Assembly: GCA_010909165.1 (NCBI GenBank)
Contig: MU008151.1
Coordinates: 186,001 to 250,000, forward strand
Source: Anthoceros angustus
Lineage: Eukaryota > Plantae > Anthocerotophyta
Length of the DNA: 64,000 nt
Direction: 5' to 3'
Under the pieces are notes generated by a model, which worked only from the letters and a program-made list of their open reading frames with translations, did not search any database and was not told where the DNA came from. Shown one piece after another: positions 11,069-20,833 of this stretch. How positions within the stretch are numbered: the stretch's first letter is position 1; every line of letters starts with the position of its first letter. The translations under genes and the position numbers were made by a program.

Positions 11069-13557
11069 TGTGGCGCGACTTTCGCTGATGGCCAGCCGGG
11101 CGCGCACAATCCCGTGTCGTTGTAGGAAGGAGTTCGTTCCACAGGGAATGGTCTCGTGCTTATTCCGCACCGAGCTCTACAACCTATCGCTGAGCGGACT
11201 TCATCATGTTGGGTCCGGCTCCACAACCCTAAGTGTGTGGCCTCCACAACTCGTCGGACCAGACCACCGGACCTTCCAACAAACCCGCCGGGTTTCTCCA
11301 AGTACCGGAAAGGTTTAGCGACGCTGCCTCCGCCGATCTACGACTTGTGCCGGCCCAAAGACTCAACTCGTCCGCCAACTCCACCTCAACACACGCCGTA
11401 ATACCCGACCCTTCTCCTTATCCATTCTCACTGAGTCACAACACCCACACGCTGATGTATTCACACCAGCCGCCTTTGCCCTTCCTACCGCTTCACGCTC
11501 ATGGAGAAGTAGCTTGCACTGCAACCCCACTGCTCCAGCAGCCTCCAAGGATGGCTTCCGCCCACAGTCGCCCCAAGCGCCTCTAATCCCTCCTACCGCT
11601 TCATGCTCATGGAGAAGTAGCTGCACTGCAACCCCACAGCCTGCTCCAGCAGCCTCCAAGGATGGCTTCCACCCAGTCACCCCAAGCGCCCTAATCCTCC
11701 TACCGCTTCACGCTCATGGAGAAGTGGCTTCAGCTGCATCCCCACACCTGCTCCAGCAGCCTCCAAGGTTAGTCTCGCACCCGAGAAATCACCCGCGAGC
11801 ACCTCCAGCTCAGTCCGACCCCGCCGCACCCATCAAGCGTGTTGGCGGAGCTCTCGCCACCGAGCTCTAAACACATCCCTCTACCACCAATTAATCGCAC
11901 GGACGCAGAACTCACTCCGCCTCGAGCACAAGGCAAGAGCACACGGAGCGCCAAGATGGTACGGATAGTCCGCCTTGGACGCCAGCCTTCCTATATACTC
12001 CCATACCCTAACCTAACCCGCCTATGTATGTATCCTAACCGCTATGTATGTACCCTAACTGGTCGTGGTAACGCCGGACGTAGCTCATCATCACCGGACT
12101 TCTTGCACCAATCGCCAAACAAGAGATCCATGCCAGCGATGCCCACCAAACTAAACCACCGGACCTCGCCCGACGGACCACTCGTCGGACCTCGCCCGAC
12201 GGACCACCGGACCTCTCAAGGACGGACCACCGGACCTTCCAACAAACCCGCGCCTTTGTTGAAGGTTCTTGTCACCAGATACGACCGGACCTCGCCGGAC
12301 CTCGCCCGACGGACCACTCCGCCGATCTCGTACTCTAGCGGCCCAGACTCCTCAACTCGTCCGCCAACTCCACCTCAACACACCGCCGTGCCGACCCTTC
12401 TCCTTATCCATTCCCCCGGTGGTCACAACACCCACACGCCGATGTATTCACACCGGCCGCCTTTGCCCTTCCTACCGCTTCACGCTCATGGAGAAGTAGC
12501 TTTGCGAACCTACACCACCGTTCAGCCTCCAAGGATGGCTTCCGCCAGTCGCCCCAGCGCCTCTAATCCCTCCTACCGCTTCATGCTCATGGAGAAGTAG
12601 CTGCACTGCAACCCCACAGCCTGCTCCAGCAGCCTCCAAGGATGGCTTCCACCCAGTCACCCCAAGCGCCTCCTAATCCTCCTACCGCTTCACGCTCATG
12701 GAGAAGTGGCCCAGCTGCATCCCAGCCTCCGTTCAGCCTCCAAGGTTAGTCTCGCACCCGAGAAATCACCCGCGAGCACCTCCAGCTCAGTCCGACCAGT
12801 GCACCCATCAAGCGTGTTGGCGGAGCTCGTCACGAGCTCTAAACACATCCTCTACCACCAATTAATCCTCGCACGGTGACGCAGAACTCACTCCGCCTCG
12901 AGCACAAGGCAAGAGCACACGGAGCGCCAAGATGGTACAGGATAGTCTTGGCTCGACGCCTTCCTATATACTCCCATACCCTAACCTAACCCGCCTATGT
13001 ATGTATCCTAACCGCTATGTATGTACCCTAACTGGTCGTGGTAACGGGACGAGCTCATCATCACCGGACTTCTTGCACCAGCCTCGCCAAACAAGAGATC
13101 CATGCCAGCGATGCCCACCAAACTAAACCACCCAGACCACTCCGACCTCGCCGGACGGACCACCCCGCCGACCTCTCAAGGACGGACCACCCGCCTGACC
13201 GCCCGGACGGACCACTCCTGGCCGGACCTCGCCCGACGGACCACCCGCCGACCGCCCGACGGACCACCGGACCTCGCCGGACCTCGCCCGACGGACCACC
13301 CGCCCGCCCGGACGGACCACTCCGGACCTCGCCGGACGGACCACTCCGGACCTCGCCCGGACGGACCACTCCGCCGACCGCCCGGACGGACCACTCGTCG
13401 ACCGCCCGACGGACCGAGGGTCTAGGGATTGCACAAGTGCAATCCGCCAAAAATGGCCTTATTGGCTAACTCCTCCCTATCCCTCTTAACAGTAACGACC
13501 CGAAAAAAAAGCAAAACAAGCCGCCAAGAGTACGGACATCGGATTTGGCACTCCACA
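11069..13557 (-). repeat. 3' LTR, enlarged by an internal ~960-bp tandem duplication
   Basis: Same sequence as 17695-19238; 11262-12224 is repeated from 12225, with junction homology GACCACCGGACC. Confidence 0.85.
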
Positions 13558-13573
13558 TACTCCCCTTCTCATC
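13558..13573 (-). other. Polypurine tract
   Basis: Minus strand reads GATGAGAAGGGGAGTA immediately followed by the LTR start TGTGGAGTG. Confidence 0.85.
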
Positions 13574-14435
13574 TGTTGGCGGCCTCGCCAACACCCCAGG
13601 CAATACTCCGCTCTTTCCGTCGGGCTCTCCCCTTCTCATCTTTTACTACCTCCTCAGGTGTCAGCAAGTCCGGCAACATTGGGAACCTTTTTTACCAAGA
13701 TTCATCCTCCGTTGAGGATGAGTCGCCCTCCTCCTCCGAGGTTGATGTGTCGTCCTCCCCAGCGCCCGTGGTCATCTTCTTTCTCCCTTTGTGCATGCTG
13801 GGCCTCCCGCTAGATTCGCACCCTCGGCGTCCGGTCCTGTGCAACCTCCCTACTTCTGTATACTCCACAAACTGCCCGACTATTACACCCATCCGCAACC
13901 GCAATCTGGCAGCCGTCCTACTCCTACCTACTAACTCAGGCAGCAGTCCACAACAATTCCACCCCAAGGCGCAAAAATGTGGCGCGACTTCATGGATGTA
14001 GGCGCACAATCCGTGTCGTTGTGGTATGAGTCCGTTCCCAAGAGAATGATAGCTCCGTTGCCGCCCGATTCTCACCTTTCTCGGGTCCACTTCACCTTAA
14101 CACACTCAATCCTAGTTTACACCCTATTTATAACGTTCACGAGCAGGCCGGCGTGGCCAAGCGTTTAAGGACCCGTTTGCGTCACTTCATTCGTCACTCG
14201 TTTCTTGATCCGTTCCTCTCATCGCTCTCTCTACACTTATCAACCTTGGAAAGAACGGGTGGCTACAGGGCCAGACCTCCTCGTTGCTCCCGGCCTCTCC
14301 GGCTCACACCTCCCGGGCCACACGCTCCCGGTCCTGACGTTGGACCGCCGCCTCACGCGACGGGTCCCCGACCGTCCTTCCTCGCACACACCACCACACG
14401 TTAAGTCCGTCACGGGACCTTGATCCGCCTCCCGA

Positions 14436-14493
14436 GTCGTTGTAGTATAGTGGTATTCGCCGCCACGCGGGTGACCCGATTCGATCGGCGCCA
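14436..14493 (+). tRNA. tRNA-Asp(GTC) copy with encoded CCA, internally deleted
   Basis: GTCGTTGTAGTATAGTGGT..ATTCGCC.GCCACGCGGGTGACCCG.TTCGATC..GGCGCCA matches plant cytosolic tRNA-Asp as I recall it, apart from short deletions. Confidence 0.8.
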
Positions 14494-14980
14494 AAAATGT
14501 GGCGCGACCACCGATGGATGTACCGCGCACAATCCCGTGTCGTTGTGGTATGGAGTCCGTTCCCAAGAGAATGATAGCTCCGTTTGCCGCGCTTCAGCCG
14601 ATTCTCACCTTTCTCCGGGTCCACTTCACCTTAACACACTCAATCCTAGTTTACACCCAGCTATTTATAACGTTCACCGAACAGGCCCGGCGTGGCCAAA
14701 CGTTTAAGGACCCGTTTGCGTCACTTCATTAAATCCTCGTTTCTTGATCCGTTCCTCTCGCTCTCTCTACACTTATCAACCTTGGAAAAAACGCAGATCA
14801 GGACCTCCTCGTTGCTCGCCGGCCTCTCCGTCCGGCTCGCACACCTCAAGTACCTCCGGCTCACACGTTCGGTCCGCTCGGCGTTGGACCGCCGCTCTCG
14901 AACAAGGGTCCTCGTCGTCCTTCCTGCACACACCACCACACGTTAAGTCCGTCACGGGACCTTGATCCGCCTCCCGAGTC

Positions 14981-15046
14981 GTCGTTGTAGTATAGTGGTA
15001 AGTATTCCTGTCACGGGTGACCCGTTCGATCCTCGCAACGGCGCCA
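14981..15046 (+). tRNA. tRNA-Asp(GTC) copy with encoded CCA, best-preserved copy
   Basis: GTCGTTGTAGTATAGTGGTAAGTATTCCTGTCACGGGTGACCCGTTCGATCCTCGCAACGGCGCCA: D-arm/A-box, anticodon loop CTGTCAC, TTCGA loop and acceptor end CAACGGCGCCA. Confidence 0.88.
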
Positions 15047-15524
15047 AAATGTGGCGCGACTTTCGATGGATGTACGCGCACAATCCGTGTCGTTGTGGTA
15101 TGGAGTCCGTTCCCAAGAGAATGATAGCTCTTTCAGCTTGATTCTCACCTTTCTACGGGTCCACTTCACCTTAACACACTCAATCTTCGTTACACCCAGC
15201 TATTTATAACGTTCAAACAGCCCGTGGCCAAACGCGTTTAAGACCCGTTTGCGTTTCGTCCTGCGTCACCGTTTCTCTCACCGTTCCTCTCATCGCCTCT
15301 CTACACTTATCAACCTTGGAAAGAACGCAAGTGGCTACATGGGTGACCTCCTCGTTTGTTCACGCCTCTCCGTCCGGCTCACACACCCTCCCGTACCTCC
15401 GGCTCACACGTTCGGTCCGCTCGGCGTTGGACCGCCGCTCTCGAACAAGGGTCCTCGTCGTCCTTCCTCGCACACACCACCACACGTTAAGTCCGTCACG
15501 GGACCTTGATCGATCTCCCGAGTC

Positions 15525-15586
15525 GTCGTTGTAGTATAGTAAGTATTCTCAGTCCACGCGGGTGACCGGAGATTCGATAGCGGCAA
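15525..15586 (+). tRNA. tRNA-Asp copy, more degraded
   Basis: GTCGTTGTAGTATAGT.AAGTATT...CACGCGGGTGACC..TTCGAT..GCGGCA, at the same position relative to the unit. Confidence 0.7.
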
Positions 15587-17673
15587 AATGTGGCGCGACT
15601 TTCCGATGGCCAGGCGCGCCACAATCCCGTGTCGTTGTGGTATGAGTCCGTTCCCAAGAGAATGATAGCTCCGCTTTGCCCGATTCTCACCTTTCTACGG
15701 GTCCACTTCACCTTAACACACTCAATCTTCGTTTACACCCAGCTATTTATAACGCTTCACCGAACAGCCCGTGGCCAAACGCGTTTAAGGACCCGTTTGC
15801 GCTTCATTCACTGCTTTTCTTGCCCTCTCATCGCTCTCTACACTTATCAACCTTGGAAAGAACGCAGAGCACGCCCTCCCACGTTGCTCCCGGCCTCCGT
15901 CCGGCTCAGACACCTCCCGTACCTCCGGCTCACACGCCCTCCGGCGTTGGACCGCCGCTCTCGACGAACAAGGGTCCTCGTCGTCCTTCCTCGCACACCA
16001 CCACGTTAAGTCCGGGCCTGTGACCTTGACCGCCTCTCCGTCGCCGTGCTCGCACTCGGGACTCGCGTTAGCAAGAAGACGCCCAAGGGTGCAAGAACGC
16101 ATCAACACCAAGAGAAAGATACTTTACTAGAGCGGCCTCATTTCTTATACTACGCCCAAGGTCGGCGTCTTTATTACACCTATTACGGTGATGGCTACCA
16201 AGATGCCCTAATCGCCGCCTACCATCCTATTTCCTCCCCTATCTCCTTCGTCAGGTGGAATGGGTTCCGCCGGATGGGTGGTCCAATCTCCGTCTCACAG
16301 CTTGTGGCGCTCCCAATCGGATGATCCGTGAGGCGGGCCCTCCTCTCTCCGGAATCCTGTCGGGTTGGGCTACCGGGGCCAAGGCCGACAACCACGGCGT
16401 CATCCTCCCCAGCCTCCCACAGGTCCCTCGCCGGGGCCATTCACTCCCTAGCGTAAGTCGGCGGGGCTCCTCATGCCGCAGCGGGACCTCGAGGTCTGCC
16501 TCGACTCAACTCGTGAGTCCGCTATTTCCGAGTCCGCCGGGTCCGACCTTGTCTGGGTCCGGACCTCGGTCCCGTCTTCCGAGGTCCCACGACTCCGCAA
16601 GCAGATGAGAAGGGAGTATGTGGAGTGGCGATACTTCCTTCGGTACCGAGGCCCGCCGAAGGACCCCTTGGAACATTTGGATGAGTCATGCATCCGATCC
16701 CTCCCCATTGAAGTTCGGCGCGACACGAAATCCTCCACGGTTTCACTCTCTCCTTCTTACCTCCAAAGAGGGAGTACGCTGCTTGGTCGACGTTGTTGCC
16801 ATCGTCGCCCGGCAAAGTTTGAGGAACCGCCCCTACTTCCGGCGTGGTGCTACTTCTTCCTCACGATCCGACAAGTCCACCGCACTTACCTGTGGTGTCC
16901 TCGCCTCGAGCTCGTTGCCACGTGCTACGGGCGCTCGCGCACAACGTCCGGCTCTCTTAGCAATTCCCCTTAACACCTCACGCCCTCCACGATCCACGCT
17001 TTACCAACGATTTCATTCCCAACGGCGCCAAAATGTGCGCGACTTTCCGATGGCCAGCGCGACAATCCCGTGTCGTTGTAGGAAGGAGTTCGTTCCACGT
17101 GGAATGGTCTCGTGCTTATTCGCCTCGAGCTCTACAACCTATCGCTGAACGGACTTCATCATGTTGGGTCCGGACCTCGGTCCGGTCTTCCTTCGAGGTC
17201 GGGCGACTCATGTAGCAGATGAGAAGGGAGTATGTGGAGTGGCGATACTTCCTTCGGTACCGAGGCCCGCCGAAGGACCCCTTGGAACAGCTGGATGAGC
17301 TGTGCATCCGATCCCTCCCCATTGAAGTTCGCTCGCGACACGAAATCCTCCACGAAGGTTTCAGCGTCTCTCTCCTTCTTACCTCCAAAGAGGGAGTACG
17401 CTTGCTTGGTCGACGTTGTTGCCATCGTCGCGCCCGGCAAAGTTTGAGGAACCGCTCCCCTTACTTCCGCCTGGCGTGGTGCTACTTCTTCCTCACGATC
17501 CGACAAGTCCACCGCACTTACCCGTGGGCTGGTGTCCTCGCCTCGAGCTCGTCGTCTTTCACGTGCCTGCGCTCGGAGCGCTCTGGCGGTCACAACGTCC
17601 GGCTCTCTTAGCAATTCGTCCTTAACTACCTCACGTCCTCCACGCATCCACGCTTGCTACGGAACGATTTCAT

Positions 17674-17691
17674 TCCCCGGCAACGGCGCCA
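17674..17691 (-). other. Primer-binding site complementary to the 3' 18 nt of tRNA-Asp
   Basis: Minus strand TGGCGCCGTTGCCGGGGA, 3 nt after the 5' LTR end; this is the canonical Athila-type PBS. A deleted duplicate lies at 17017-17030. Confidence 0.92.
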
Positions 17692-17694
17692 AAA

Positions 17695-19238
17695 TGTGCG
17701 CGACTTTCCGATGGCCAGGCGCGCCACAATCCGTGTCGTTGTAGGAAGGAGTTCGTTCCACGAGGAATGGTCTCGTGCTTATTCGCCTCGAGCTCTACAA
17801 CCTATCGCTGACGGACTTCATCATGTTGGGTCCGGCTCCACAACCTAAGTGTGTGGCCCTCCACAACTCGTCGGACGGGGCGCGCACCCGGACCTTCCAA
17901 CAAACCCCGCCTCGCCCAACCGACAGGTTTGCGACGCTGCCTCGATCCACGTACTCTAGCGCCAAGACTCCTCAACTCGTCCGCCACAACTCCACCTCAA
18001 CACACACGCGTAACACCCTTCTCCTTATCCATTCCGGCCCGAGTCACAACACCCACACGCCGATGTATTCACACCGCCTTTGCCCTTGGTGCTTCACGTT
18101 GCGGAGTAGCTTTGCACTGCAACCCCTGACCACCGTTCAGCCTCAAGGATGGCTTCCGCCCAGTCGCCCAAGCGCCTCCTAATCCTCCTACCGCTTCACG
18201 CTCATGGAGAAGTAGCTTTGCGACCGCAACCCCCATGCGCCCACCTGCCCGTTAGCCTCCAAGGATGGCTTCCGCCAGTCACCCCAAGCGCCTCCTAATC
18301 CTCCTACCGCTTCACGCTCATGGAGAAGTGGCTTGCACTGCATCCCCACGACCTCCGTTCAGCCTCCAAGGTTAGTCTCGCACCCGAGAAATCACCCGCG
18401 AGCACCTCCGAGCTCAGTCCGACCGGCCACCACCCATCAAGCGTGTTGGCGGAGCTCGTCACGAGCTCTAAACACATCCTCTACCACCAATTAATCGCAC
18501 GGTGACGCAGAACTCACTCCGCCTCCTCGAGCACTCAAGGCAAGAGCACACGGAGCGCCAAGATGGTACCGGATAGTCTGCCTTGGACGCCAGCCTTCCT
18601 ATATACTCCCATACCCTAACCTAACCCGCCTATGTATGTATCCTAACCTCGCTATGTATGTACCCTAACCTGGTCGTGGTAACCACGGACGTAGCTCATC
18701 ACTCACCGGACTTCTTGCACCAAGCTCGCCAAACAAGAGATCCATGCCAGCGATGCCCACCAAACTAAACCACCGCGAGACCACTCGTCGGACCGCCCGG
18801 ACGACCACCGTCGGACCTCGCCGGACAGACCACCCGCCGGACCTCGCCGACGGACCACTCCGTGACCGCCCGGACGACCACTGCCGACCGCCCGGACGGA
18901 CCACTCAGACCGCCGACGGACCACCCGACGCCCGACCAGACCACTCACGGACCTCACCGGGACGGACCACTCCGCCGGACCGCCGACGGACCACCCGCCG
19001 GACCTCGCCCGACGGACCACCGCCGACCGCCCGGACGGACCACTCCGTGACTCGCCCGGACGGACCACTGGTCCGACCTCGCCCTGACGGACCGAGGGTC
19101 TAGGGATTGCACGTAAGTGCAATCTGGCCGAAAATGGCCTTATTGGCTAACTCCTCCCTATCCCTCTTAACAGTAACGACCCGAAAAAAAAGCAAAACAA
19201 GTCGCCAAGAGTACGGACATCGGATTTGGCACTCCACA
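17695..19238 (-). repeat. 5' LTR (~1.54 kb) with GGACCAC-rich U3 minisatellite, TATA near 18600 and ~100-bp U5 repeats
   Basis: Homology to the left LTR; TG...CA ends; adjacent PBS. Confidence 0.88.
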
Positions 19239-19542
19239 ACAGAGTATATAGAGATAACCATAGAGTATGTAGAGGTGACCACAAGTCACATGCTTATCCA
19301 CAAGAGGTAAACACAAGTCATATGTTTATCCACAAAAGTTATAGCGATCTATCAGGGTTAGCCATCTATAATTGTTATGCCTAACCATAAGAGTTATGAC
19401 TATCTACTAGAGTTATGGCTATCCACAAGAGTTATAACAAGCTTAGGTGGTAAGAGCTTTTAGAGCCCAGATTAGCCACGCCAGCTTTGTTTTGTTAGCA
19501 CACCTCAAAGGTGTACAGCCATCTACAATTGTTATGCCTAAC

Positions 19543-19755
19543 AAACGGCTTAGGCCAAATGGACACACATTTATAAGAACGCCGTGATTAAGCATCCTGA
19601 GCCTAGATCGGTACTTAGATGGGGCGCCTAAAGGGAGTGGATGCCCTTGGTGCAAGTAGCTTAGGCACACCATGGTACAAGTTGTCAAGTACCAAGTCCC
19701 ATGACGGAAATCCGTCCTTAGTGGACTCAAATAAAATTCTTCTTCATTCTTCTTC
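19543..19755 (+). mobile_element. 5S-rRNA-derived SINE with LINE-like 3' end and (TTC)n tail
   Basis: Nearly the same ~210 bp as 43278-43485. Inserted into the second copy of a ~160-bp tandem repeat with short duplication CTAAC. Carries a 5S internal-promoter-like head and an AATAAA + (TTC)n tail. Confidence 0.8.
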
Positions 19756-20113
19756 TAACCATAAGAGTTATGACTACCTACAAGAGTTATGGCTATCCAC
19801 AAGAGTTATAACAAGCTTAGGTGGTAAGAGCTGTTAGAGCCCAGGTTAGCCACGCCAGCTTTGTTTTGTTAGCACACCTCAAAGGTGTACAGATACGCAC
19901 ACTATGTACTTGGTTCTAAATGTACACTGTAATATCATCACACTATGTACTTGGTTCTAAATGTACACTCTAATATCATCGAACATATATACATATAATA
20001 AATATACACTCCAAATATGTACATACATACATGGACACCAGTCCCAAGGGCCAAGCTGCTATGCTAAGCAGCTTCTTGCATTTGATTTGATTTCAACCCC
20101 TTGCAGCCATGAT

Positions 20114-20697
20114 TCAACGCAAATGGTGCCTGCAGAGACCAAGACTCAGAACAACACACCAAAGAAAACGAGCAGACTTCTAACCGGTCTGGAGCAGCAA
20201 GGCTAACTTGAGGAAAAGCAAGAGGGGAGGGTTCACCTGAGAGTTTCTATCGTACCACGCCGAATCTTACATCGAATCGTCGGCAGGCCAAGCCTTTGAT
20301 GAGCTTCAAATCGATGACATCCTGAAAACCCTGTCAGGAAGCAAACCCCAGCGACTGTAAGTGATGTTGAGCTGCCACAGTGCACGGGGGCAACCTAACC
20401 TGACAAAACAAATCAGATGAAACTCACCATAGTAGACACCCTCGACTTCCAAAATGTCGATCTGTTCACACGCCAGCACAATCCTTGTCAAAATCTCACC
20501 CCCAACTAGCAGGGACCAGAGCAGAATATTTACGATGCCTTAACTCACTGGCTCTTGTAGTCCAATTTCAGCGATGCTGTCCATCAGGGCTTGCACTTTG
20601 TCCGGGTCATTTGTCCGAGTCCGGAGTAAGGGCCGCCTTATTTGATCAAGCGGGAGGTCTGCCACAATTGGCCCTCTCCTCTTCACAGCGACTCCAC
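20114..20697 (-). CDS. SRX: Sulfiredoxin, 3' exons 20697-20549, 20461-20428, 20330-20237 and 20129-20114; 5' transit-peptide exon(s) not resolved
   Basis: Spliced translation GPIVADLPLDQIRRPLLRTRTNDPDKVQALMDSIAEIGLQEP-IDILEVEGVYY-GFSGCHRFEAHQRLGLPTIRCKIRRGTIETLR-HHLR* contains the Srx active-site FSGCHR and the plant C-terminus HHLR. All three introns are GT-AG and in frame. Confidence 0.93.
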
Positions 20698-20833
20698 CTG
20701 CCAACCTCGCGACCTCAAAATGTTTACCACACTGAATACCTACGGAAACAAGGTTTCGCGCCTATAGGTCTCACTCGCACACCAAGCATGAATCCAGCCT
20801 GCTGCTAAGGCAGCAGTAAACAGAAAGAGGGGC

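Larger units (their letters stand above)
13978..16039 (-). repeat. Four tandem 450-480-bp LTR-terminus units (13978-14435, 14498-14980, 15050-15524, 15589-16039) separated by tRNA-Asp copies
   Basis: On + each unit begins TGTGGCGCGAC...CACAATCC(C)GTGTCGTTGT like the main LTR end, then diverges (a sister LTR family). Each has a TATAAATAG-like motif on the element-sense strand (e.g. 14661-14669). Confidence 0.85.
11069..19238 (-). mobile_element. Non-autonomous Ty3/gypsy (Athila-type, tRNA-Asp-primed) LTR retroelement, complete insertion
   Basis: TG...CA termini (TGTGG inverted ends); 5-bp TSD ACAGA at 11064-11068 and 19239-19243; PBS and PPT in the correct positions; two LTRs. No gag/pol motifs recognisable in the internal region. 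Confidence 0.9.

Noticed and set aside
14436-15586. Ordinary genomic tRNA-Asp gene cluster
   Set aside because: The copies encode CCA, lack T-run terminators and abut LTR termini, so they derive from mature tRNA.
13978-16039. CRISPR-like or prokaryotic RT-associated array
   Set aside because: The intervening sequences are near-identical 450-480-bp LTR pieces, not unique spacers; there are no cas or RT genes and the context is eukaryotic.
11058-19310. Many 60-250-aa ORFs in the LTR element as gag/pol or accessory genes
   Set aside because: No CCHC, protease, RT, RNase H or integrase motifs; they are by-products of GC-rich repeats and differ between copies.
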